Source: Tubiluchus corallicola (Eukaryota; Animalia; Priapulida). Taken from it: a stretch of 64,000 nt of DNA. Positions 38,301-46,561 of the stretch are shown here, in pieces. Position numbers and translations under genes: made by a program. The notes under the pieces were generated by a model. The model was given only the letters and a program-made list of their open reading frames with translations. It was not told the DNA's origin and ran no database searches. The stretch is from NCBI GenBank assembly GCA_030141605.1, contig JAQGDQ010000051.1, positions 576,997-640,996 on the forward strand. Reading direction: 5' to 3'. The first letter of the stretch is position 1. The number at the start of each line of letters is the position of its first letter.

Positions 38301-41300
38301 AGAAAGAGAAACCAGTAATAAACTTAGAAAATGTACGGAATGTTTGCACCGGAACTGGAATTTTAAACAACCTAGAAGGCATGTAAATTCCCCTTAGGTG
38401 CAGTATAGCGAGCGCCAGACAGTTTTCAGAGATAGGCAGCAGTGGTACACAAATCCCAATTGAATGTTATTCTTACCAATAATTAGTCTTACGTCATTGG
38501 TCTTTAACGACCTACATGATTGGTCTTTAAAGACCGTAGTCTTACGTCATTGGTCTTTAACGACCTACATGATTGGTCTTTAAAGACCGTAGTGAATCAC
38601 TAGCTAGCTCAAAGAGGTATTTTAGACCCAGTGTAAAAGGTTGTGTACTGTGCCTCGCTTATAATGTATTGGGCTAACCGACACAAAAGTCAATTGCACT
38701 CCTATCTCAGTGGATTTGTGCTACACACAGTTGACACAAGCTGCCAATTTGCCATTATCTTCCTTATAGATACGCATATCTAGAAAAAGGATAGACCCAT
38801 TTTTCTCAACCTCAACTGTAAGATGTATAGCCAAGTGCAAACCATTCAAGAACATATGCACAAGAAACATGGGCAGTTATCTAAAGAATGTATGCTGATC
38901 CAGATAAGACTCCACGATCACATAGACGTTGCGATGCAATGTCTATGGCTTCCTTCACAAGTAGGGATGTGAACAGTGACTCTACACCAAATGACACCAT
39001 GAAAGCTGAACTCTGGAACTCAGATCCATTGATGAGATATGATTTCCTGTATGGTCGAAATTGATGTTGCCTTAGGTAACACAGATGAAACAATATTTCC
39101 TGCATAATTTCTCCGCCTCAGCTAAAACATCAAAACGATTACATTTGGCTAAACTGGAATGCTTTGGTCCGAATTTTACCACATCAATGACTCATTGTGG
39201 TAGACTCATATATGAGATACTCATAACTGAATAATACATTGCAATTGCAGGTCTGTCATATATCTTCCTGGGCTGTGTAATTTTCCCGGCATGTGTATAA
39301 CGAACTTGGCAGATACCTGGCAGAAGCCCAGTGTAGATGCTATTATCAACAATAACTCACTGCGAGCAAAGCCATTAGTAAAAAAACGGTAGGGAAACGA
39401 AATACGTTTACCACCATTAGTTCAAGGTCATCTTGACACTTAGTCAGCTAATTAGAAAGGAAACTCTGTTGCTATCTAATTGTAACTCTGGAACTGACTG
39501 GGAGTGTTGCTTGATAGGTGAAGCACCCTGAAAGTTTGAAAGACAGAAACTTTGGCACTAACTAATCTACAAGCAGGTCTGTAGAAACTGCTTGGAAAGT
39601 ATACACTTCCTATGTTTCAAGGTGGCATTCACATTTGCATAATAGAGGCTGTGCTGACTCTCCAACTATGGCAAAAGACCATTTACGTAAGAAAATACCT
39701 AGTGACCATACATGCACGTTCGTGCATCTCAGCTGCAATGCTAAACTACATCCCCATCCTATATGAGTTCTGTGTTGTGTGTGTGAGGCGCAGTATATCC
39801 AAAAACAGACTATACTGTAGGGTGTACAGTTCACTTCATATGCACTCATCGCTAGAAAATAACACTTTAGCCTCTGGCTTCTAGAGTACCAATAGTCATT
39901 CTCTTTAGACCACTTTTAACAACTTGTACTGCCCTCTCTGCTTGTTCGTTAGATGCCGGTTTGAATCGGGCAGATTTAATATGTTTCATGCCATCGTTAG
40001 TTAATAATTTCTGAAATTCAAAACTTGTAAAAGTAGTACCGTTATCGGAGACCAAAGAGCTTAGTTTAGTTGAAGCTGTTAGTACAACAAAATAAAACTA
40101 AATTTAAATTCACCAGATATTGATATATCGGCTCAGGCCAAGAAGGTAAACTTGTACAGGACTCCATACTACATACAAGTAACAAATTAGCATCTTCAAC
40201 AATAAAAACTGTATAATAACTACAGAGCAGAGGCATTCATAACCTAATTCTGTGTCATTCGGTCCTAGCGGTTTGTTTGTTCAGATGACGAAGGGATGAG
40301 CCCCTCCTGTCTTAGAAACCGCAAAATAGACTGTATTCATGATAAAATTATCAACACATAGGCTTCCTGAGATAGGCTTACTCATTCTCTATTTTTGCCT
40401 GAATATAGCAACAAAAAGAAAAAACATTGCCTTCATTATAACAGTGATACTATTAAAAGCAATATCGTTATAGGCATTGTCCATTTTTCTGCAACAGACT
40501 AAACAGTCTTGTAAATATTCTAAACTGAGGCTGTTTTATATTTGTTACAGATCGTATGTACACATACCAACAGTTACCTATACTACCACCATCGCAGCAC
40601 ATAAGACACCCAGTTTTGCGAGATCCTCTTCATACTCCGCCATCTCCAACATCGCCTAATGAAAGATCCAAATTACACCTGCAGCGGCCGCCCAAGAAAC
40701 CACGACGATCCAAAACAGATGCGAATGGTCTACCTGTGAAACGGAAAAATAGGGAAAGTAAGTGAACAACGCATGTGATTTGCAAAGCCTTGCAGCGTTT
40801 TTTAGTGATTATTAGTGACTGTGTTAATATTACTAAGCCCAAGCAATTAGCATTTAGTGATTGTTTGTGCCTTTTTTTTGTTTTTTTTTCACCTGAAGAT
40901 AGTCCAAAGCGGTAAACCTAAATGTCGTGCCTTTGGTATCTTTTATTTTATTTTCTGTGAGATATTTTTATTAAATGAACTCCATGAATTCTGTATATCC
41001 GTGTAACTGAACTCCTGGCCTCCTAGACAAAGCTCTAACACCATAGCTGTTTACCTTTTTACTATTCCTATTTCACCTTTTTGATATTTGATGATGGTTT
41101 GTAATAAATATGATTATGTGGAACGCACGCGTCAGCTTTCAATAAAGCATACGTGAGAAACTAGACAACATCTTATAAGCATTGTATACTTGCCATGAAC
41201 AATTTTTACTTAATTTACTGTATCTAAAAATTGTGTACTAGCATAGATTTGTACAACATCTTTAGTATGTGTCACTAAGCTGATTTTTTAGGTTCTACAA

Positions 41301-42020
41301 CGTACCTATGGGAATTTTTACTTAAACTATTACAAGACAAAGATACATGTCCACGATTTATAAAATGGACCAACAAAGAGAAAGGAATTTTTAAACTGGT
41401 TGATTCGAAAGCAGTGTCCAGATTATGGGGTCAGCATAAGAACAAACCAGACATGAATTATGAGACAATGGGACGAGCTCTAAGGTAAATTTTGGTTTAC
41501 ATAAGTATACTAAGTTACACATTGTATGAAAAAATAATTATTTTCATAAATAAATGATAAATAATGAAAATGTTGTTACTTAGGAAATAAAACTCAATAG
41601 AAAATAAAAATAAAAAACAATATTATTCCAACAAAGTAATTTGCAGCGTGAACTGAGGCTCGAAAAACTATCGTACTTCTTGTCCATTCACAATATTCCT
41701 TTTTTTTTGTAAGGAATAGCATCAAGTTCTTATATCAGAAATAGCGCATTACATTTTTTGGGAGTTTCATTGGCATACACAATGATAAGGTGTCATTGCC
41801 CTACTTGGCTGGAAAAAATATCTTGTAACTCAAGACCAGAAGTGCCGAGAAGAACCGTTGTTGACCCTATTTATATCACTGATTGCTTGGAGATAAATAA
41901 ATTTATTTATTATTTAGGTATTACTATCAGCGAGGAATTCTTGCCAAAGTTGATGGACAACGACTTGTTTATCAGTTCGTAGATCTGCCCAAAGATATTG
42001 TTGATCCACAGAGTTTATAA
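10678..42020 (+). CDS. E74: ETS-domain transcription factor, E74/Eip74EF-ELF1/2/4 subfamily; spliced model join(10678..10749,18138..18516,29356..29625,31913..32005,33791..33931,40551..40757,41292..41484,41918..42020), 485 aa
   Basis: All introns are GT..AG and the phases chain (0,1,1,1,1,1,2). Total 1458 nt = 486 codons ending in TAA. The ETS domain [89 protein letters not shown] closely matches the E74/ELF domain as I recall it. LPPSPADSG is an E74-type upstream motif. The 5' exons are inferred from splice sites and phase only. Confidence 0.85.
11995..12325. mobile_element. MITE with 44-bp terminal inverted repeats nested in the LTR element (Merlin- or Mutator-like)
   Basis: GGTAGGTGTTCCGTGTAAGAACATCACGAAATGTTGGAAAACTT (11995-12038) matches the reverse complement of 12282-12325 with one mismatch; flanks are cacaaata/cacaaatc. 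Confidence 0.85.
12041..12168. repeat. 17-bp minisatellite (gcggcttggcattcttg)n, about 7 copies, inside the MITE
   Basis: Tandem units read directly. Confidence 0.9.
13500..14850. repeat. Unclassified interspersed repeat with three ~140-bp internal subrepeats; related pieces at ~16600-18000
   Basis: ggtcagaggtcaaccaatc...ccctattttg units near 13835, 13976 and 14278; aaaaatttgaattt..ccctaggag and tttggtgactcta motifs recur at ~14625/17390/17890 and ~13600/14780/17535. Confidence 0.6.
15449..16158 (+). mobile_element. Non-autonomous hAT (Charlie/Buster-type) DNA transposon carrying a transposase C-terminal remnant
   Basis: TIRs CAGTGGTTCCCAACC / GGTTGGGAACCACTG; perfect 8-bp TSD ctgtaggc (15441-15448, 16159-16166); ORF 15681..15887 [33 protein letters not shown] matches the hAT dimerisation-domain end. 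Confidence 0.93.
16258..16455 (+). mobile_element. Fragment of the same LTR family (PPT plus 5' part of the LTR)
   Basis: gaggggagggcaa followed by TGTTACG at 16304; reverse complement of ~10970-11190. Confidence 0.8.
17171..17394. repeat. 112-bp tandem duplication
   Basis: agttacggtt..atgtatgtg units start at 17171 and 17283 with few mismatches. Confidence 0.9.
18138..18516 (+). CDS. E74: E74/ELF-like coding exon B (acidic region plus basic NLS-like GRRRKRKRS)
   Basis: Strong acceptor ttttcattttttttcag|GAT, donor TCC G|gtgagt; 379 nt, phase 0 to 1; overlaps ORF 18153..18545. Confidence 0.75.
18550..18960 (-). mobile_element. LINE ORF2 C-terminal Cys/His knuckle fragment (RTEX/L2-group-like)
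   Basis: Minus strand [51 protein letters not shown] matches the HxLxxETGR..RxCxxC..EDExH..C pattern. Confidence 0.75.
21835..21883. repeat. (CAG/CAA)n microsatellite
   Basis: Read directly; no flanking exon signals seen. Confidence 0.85.
23669..23983 (-). mobile_element. Solo LTR of the same family
   Basis: TGTAACG...CGTAGCA, alignable to 10838-11122, with a perfect 4-bp TSD atat/atat and no PBS or PPT. Confidence 0.88.
24083..24203. repeat. (ATG)~22 microsatellite with adjacent (TAA)n
   Basis: Read directly; it produces the poly-Met and poly-Ile ORFs in the track. Confidence 0.95.
24949..24991. repeat. (CTAT)n microsatellite
   Basis: Read directly. Confidence 0.95.
27713..27832 (+). CDS. 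Candidate optional cassette exon or alternative first coding exon ([40 protein letters not shown])
   Basis: Acceptor ctcag|GA and donor TAT A|gtaagt give a 120-nt phase 1-1 exon in frame with both neighbours; in-frame ATGs at 27718 and 27739 (aaaATG). Confidence 0.55.
28145..28735. repeat. Degenerate ~20-21-bp minisatellite (gaaagtgaccatgtagg..) interrupted by an insertion at ~28396-28664
   Basis: About 12 units at 28145-28395; the pattern resumes at ~28665-28735. Confidence 0.7.
28396..28661 (-). mobile_element. tRNA-derived SINE, MetaSINE-like, with an (att)n-type tail
   Basis: Minus strand: A-box-like TCTAGTGGTAA and B-box-like GAGTTCGATAC, then GGGTCATACCAAAGACTTATAAATGGTACC resembling the recalled Meta domain; ends in aataaag plus (attgtt/att)n. 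Confidence 0.65.
29356..29625 (+). CDS. E74: E74/ELF-like coding exon C ([11 protein letters not shown]...PPLMQITT)
   Basis: Acceptor tttgcag|TG, donor ACT G|gtaagc; 270 nt, phase 1-1; within ORF 29340..29648. Confidence 0.8.
31913..32005 (+). CDS. E74: E74/ELF-like coding exon D ([31 protein letters not shown])
   Basis: Acceptor gatag|GA, donor CAT G|gtaggc; 93 nt, phase 1-1; LPPSPADSG motif recalled from insect E74. Confidence 0.85.
32505..33630 (+). mobile_element. 5'-truncated L2/Crack-group LINE with 3' tail
   Basis: [44 protein letters not shown] and IWNSI motifs; (aattg)n tail at ~33600-33630. Confidence 0.8.
33791..33931 (+). CDS. E74: E74/ELF-like coding exon E (His/Pro/Gln-rich)
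   Basis: Acceptor tttattttgtag|GC, donor CCA G|gtacga; 141 nt, open, phase 1-1: [47 protein letters not shown]. Confidence 0.8.
35333..35369. repeat. (AAT)n microsatellite
   Basis: Read directly. Confidence 0.95.
38060..39100 (-). mobile_element. Decayed Penelope-like element (RT plus GIY-YIG endonuclease remnants)
   Basis: Minus strand [19 protein letters not shown]; [28 protein letters not shown]; [14 protein letters not shown]; [19 protein letters not shown]. Confidence 0.82.
38484..38593. repeat. Perfect 53-bp tandem duplication inside the Penelope remnant
   Basis: tagtcttacgtcattgg...aaagaccg starts at 38484 and at 38537. Confidence 0.92.
39300..40060 (-). mobile_element. Ty3/Gypsy integrase fragment
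   Basis: [53 protein letters not shown] matches the SDNG..F.S..F and P.SNG.AER motifs of the integrase core; left boundary approximate. Confidence 0.85.
40551..40757 (+). CDS. E74: E74/ELF-like coding exon F (Pro/Ser-rich and basic region before the ETS domain)
   Basis: Acceptor tttgttacag|AT, donor GAA A|gtaagt; 207 nt, phase 1-1; ORF 40556..40765. Confidence 0.88.
41292..41484 (+). CDS. E74: ETS domain, N-terminal exon
   Basis: tttttag|GT TCT ACA ACG TAC CTA TGG GAA ... GCT CTA AG|gtaaat; encodes YLWEFLL...[11 protein letters not shown]. Confidence 0.97.
41918..42020 (+). CDS. E74: ETS domain, C-terminal exon with stop ([33 protein letters not shown])
   Basis: Acceptor tatttag|G TAT TAC TAT; phase-2 intron splits the R of ALR/YYY; TAA at 42018-42020. 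Confidence 0.97.
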
Positions 42021-42735
42021 ATACAGTCGGTGTTGCCAAAATGAATCTGTCTCTTGTCATCTGCCAATTTTGTCACCATAGCTGACTGAAATGTTTGCAG
42101 AAGTACACACATAAATACACTTGTACATAATGTATAGTTAAAAGGATTTACACAAAAATGATTGAATAGTTACTTAACTGCTCTGTATCATTGTTAAAGT
42201 TGTATATTGTTATTAGATTTAAGACATTTTTCTCGTGTAATTTAGGGTAAAATTCTGTAAAATGCCCACTTTGACTTTCGTATCATTGATAGCATCACTC
42301 CCACTATATTGTGTACATTCGTGTATTGCTTTTGTCGAGCATGAGCATAAATATTAATTTCGTGTAATATGACATACTTTGTTCTGCAAACTGTCATAGC
42401 TAAAATTATGAAAATGATAACAAACATGTATTTAATTAAGCAGCTCTACAAAAACAAAATCAGGCTTAAAACTAAAAACGAAGTTATTATCAATAATGGA
42501 CAAACATTCCACGTACTGTCTTGTTGCTGTGTTTTGTCCTTTTCCAGCAGTGTGGTGGGGCCTATACAAAGGCCCAGTGCATGTACGGGCACTCCTGCAC
42601 TTGGCAGTTTCCGTATACAACGTATAATTGCATCCTATCGGTATAACCAATTATTAATTGTTCAAGCAAGAGATTTTTTAATTTGAAAAACAAAACTTTT
42701 ATTAAAGGCTTTAAGATATAAAATTTTGAAAAACA

Positions 42736-42782
42736 TGTCACATACGTTTCAACTGCAGGCTGCAGTCGTTTTCAGTGTGATA
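42736..42782 (-). ncRNA. Degenerate minimal type I hammerhead ribozyme motif (antisense copy)
   Basis: Minus strand TATCACA-CTGAAAA-C-GACTGCA-gcc-TGCAGTT-GAAA-CG-TA-TGTGACA, with G8>A. Confidence 0.7.
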
Positions 42783-43409
42783 AATTATGCAAACAACAAC
42801 CAGTTTTATAGGCAGGGCCTACAGTACAGAAGTTCACGAATCATTGTATATAAAGAAAGCAAAAATATATTGAATTTACAGGCCTGCAGAAAAAAGAGTA
42901 AAAAGTATAGTTAGGTGTTTATAAATAAAGTTAAGGGAATTGAACTACTTTGCACATTACGTGAAAGCTTGTTAGGGTACATGGATAAACTTTATTTTAT
43001 TATTCCCTCTTGTTTGTAGCTTTGGTCACAATGCTGAAATTATTAAAATCAGCCCAAGATCCAGAGGTACAAATTAGGTCTTGAATGTTAGATTGAGGAG
43101 GATGTTTAGTCTCTTGCTAGTTCTAGAGGCATACCCGATGTTCACATATTGTTACTTTAACGTGCCTAGACGCTTTGCCATGGCTGACAGCATTGCAGCT
43201 AATACACTGAAATCTATAAACAATGCCATGTGCAAAGTAATTCAATTCCCTTAACTTTGTTTGCAAACTCCTCACTATGCTTTTACTGTATATGCTTCTT
43301 TTCTACAGGTCTGTTAATTCATTGCATCTTTGGCTTCCTTGTAAATACACAATAGTGAATTTCTGTAGTGTAGGCTCTGCCTATAAAACTGGTTGTTGTT
43401 TGCGTAATC

Positions 43410-43456
43410 TGTCACACAGAAGATAACTGCAGCTTGCAGTCGAAACGTTTGTGGCA
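43410..43456 (+). ncRNA. Degenerate minimal type I hammerhead ribozyme motif
   Basis: TGTCACA-CAGAAGA-T-AACTGCA-gct-TGCAGTC-GAAA-CG-TT-TGTGGCA: helix I, CUGANGA box with U4>A, helix II, GAAA box and palindromic ACGT helix III. Confidence 0.7.
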
Positions 43457-46400
43457 TGTTTTCTGACATTTCATATCTTTAAGCTTTACATTACAATCCA
43501 GCGTTTTAGCCTTTAATTTCAACTTTTCAGTTTCATAGTCACCTATTCACTTACTAACCGTGATCAGCACAGCTAACCATCAAATCACATTCAGCTATTT
43601 TCACTGAGTTTGATGTCTTGAAATTAAGCTTACTAATTACTAACAATGGTCTATGTGCACTCTATAGTTTTCGTACTTACGAAACGGAACTACGGCGTCC
43701 CCGTACGACCTACTTCATGATATTTAAAATCTTATGGACCTGTTCTTCTGGACAAAAAGCTAGTAATAAAACTTCCCTAAGCCCCCCCCCCCCCCCGATA
43801 GGGAAGTGCCTATAAACAATGTATATTAGGTAATATGTCAAAGTTTCTGAAAATCGGGCGTCTAGTTTCAAGAACATACAAATTGTTTGGAGTGATGGGC
43901 GATCGATAGAATCTGAGCCAGCCTGCTACGGCCTCCATTGAAAGGACTACGAGTACTATAAAATTTGCCAAAAAGCTGTAACCCAAAATATTGAACTTTT
44001 GCCTGCTACACTTGCATATCAAGACACTAATAGGCTTTTCTTTATGAGCCTACATGTTTGTTAACGCAGTCTGTAGCAGCTCAGCAGGACATGACAGTTT
44101 TGTCATTCTTTTTAAACTGTGATCGTCTTTATTACTATCATTTATGTTGCAAACAATATTAATTTTAATGAAATCATTTGGAACTAACATTGTATTCACT
44201 CCCTATATTATCATCTATGGAATTTGTCCACAAAAATAACACGAGACATGTAAGGAAATAATAAAAGTTTAGTTTCATTCCACTTTTTATTTGTTATTGA
44301 AAATAATCTCTAATTGAAAATGTGTTCGCTTGTAATTCAGTTATTCACTTCACATTCATGTATTTCATTTGCTACTTAATTCGCTGAGTATATCCGGTGT
44401 GCAGATTTTTATGATCGCCAAAATATCATCGTTATCATCACTATCATCGTCACCAAGTCAAGACATACTATTATAGAAATATTTAGTAACTATATTTTGT
44501 ACGAAATTATGTGCTTTTGAAGGACCACTATGAGATTCTAATGTTGTAGTGTTTTTACGGTACTAAGTTACTGTGCATTTAACGTTTAAAATAATGTATA
44601 TAGACATTTTTATAACTGTTGGTACTATAAATGATCATAAAGTTATTTACTGATTTTTTTACTATGGCTTAAACGCTGGTGGTGTGAAATTATAGTGCAC
44701 ATGAACGTATTATTTTAATATTGTAATATTTGTAATATAATTTTTGTACTATTTGATTGGTCAGGTGGAAAAACAGAATTAATTTTTAGATCTATAAGAT
44801 TATTTTCATAATTATACATTTAGCAATTGGCTTATTGTTACAAGCATCTACATTTATTGGTTGGGATTTAATACAAAATAAATTAATAATTATGCTTATA
44901 ACAAAAGAAATATAATTTGCTTATTTGCATTACAAAAATTTTTTGTCGGCTTGATGTTTATGTAGTGAGTTTGGTAGCCTGGCACCTACCGCTGCCTTTA
45001 CAGTGTAATGAAGACTTGTTACCAGATATGGAGGAATCATATTAAAGAAGAAAGAACTTCGAATAATGAAAATATCATACTGAATGTTCCAGTTAACATA
45101 ATAGCGAAAAGCAGCATATGCAACGGGCCGCAAACTTTCGAGCACCCCCGTACTAATACTTGCAATCTCGCGATCTGACAATGTTAATGTGTGTACACAT
45201 TTTATTAAAAATACTAATATCGCTTACCGAGTTTAGTGAGCTTACCTTTGGCGTATTTTTTTTTCGTTGATAAAGTGGTCATCTTGCTATTGGTCACCAG
45301 AACAGTTAGGTACGTATAAATTGAAAATTGCAGGTTAATAATATATCATCGGCATTTCAGACTTTAGTTACGATAATGGGTTTTAATTATTTCAAGTTGG
45401 GCTTATTTAGTGAAAAGGATTTTTATACTTGTTGTTGATAAGAATAGCCTCATGGCACCAGGAGATGCAAAAAAGGAATTAATGTCAGTGTAATTTGGGT
45501 GGTTAAACTCGCAAGGTTTGACGTCACTGTGACATGAAGTTTAGGGGTTTCCGTTATCTGCACGAGCTTGGCAAAGATTCAAGACGCTGAGATGCGAGCG
45601 TGGAGGTTCGAACTTGGAGAGCTGGTTGGGAGACGCAAACAAGAGAGCTATTTTATACGAGACTACTTTGACATGTAACGCGACAAGAATTCTGAATATT
45701 TTTTATCGTGTTATTATTAATTCGACTTTATTATTTTAGTAAATAGTAAGTAAAAATATCCCAAACATTGGTGATAGGTTTCATGACCTTGTACACTTAT
45801 ATAATTATAGCCAAAGCTAAGAAAATTATCGTCGAGCACAACAAAACAAATTTAGCACCGCACCAGGTGCCTATTGACGGAAAGAAGAGTATTTCACCAA
45901 TTTTCTCTTTCACAAGTTAAGGCACTCAATTCAAACATTGGAAGAGTGGAGAAGATCTGAAGTTCAACGCAGAAGATACCATTAGGAAAAGAAAGCGAAG
46001 CGAAGAAAATAAAATAAGACATTTTACTGAGAAAAGCGTAGTACAAAAACTGTGCTGCGATGTATCAGTTGTGTATGGTATATGACACTGAGGTCCAGTA
46101 CAAGTGAGATGCTTAGCTCTTAGTTATCCATTAGTGAGATAGATAGATAAAATTTGTTTCGTCCCACTTATTTAACACTCGGATACAAATTATATAAATG
46201 CCTCAAACAGGAGCTCAGGTTTTAGCTATAAGACACCAGTATTTCACAGAATTAAAAAAATATTTTTTTAATTTAATTACTTTTTATTTGAATTCAGTAC
46301 ACATAGTATTATATTACACATATTTACAAGACACAAAAAATTATTGAAAAAATACTAACTAGAAATATAAAATACATATTGAAAAACCTTACCTAAAAAT

Positions 46401-46561
46401 TTACAACTTAAAATCATCACGTAACATGTTTCAGCAGTTTTAAAAAATGGAGACTCAAATAAAACACCAGAGTTTATACAGCCACAGGCTAAAATGTCAT
46501 TTTTACTTACAAAAACGCGACTTCTTAAACTAAAGCAACTTTTTTTCATTATTTCTTCATA

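Larger units (their letters stand above)
42703..43489. repeat. Long imperfect inverted repeat (arms ~42703-42957 and ~43229-43489), probably Penelope pseudo-LTR derived
   Basis: The arms align as reverse complements over ~255 bp (e.g. caaacaacaaccagttttataggcag / ctgcctataaaactggttgttgtttg), roughly 80% identical by eye. Confidence 0.9.

Noticed and set aside
45483-45790. Possible LTR ending ...cccaaaCA followed by PBS-like TGGTGATAGG
   Set aside because: No second LTR or TSD is visible and I cannot match the PBS to a specific tRNA
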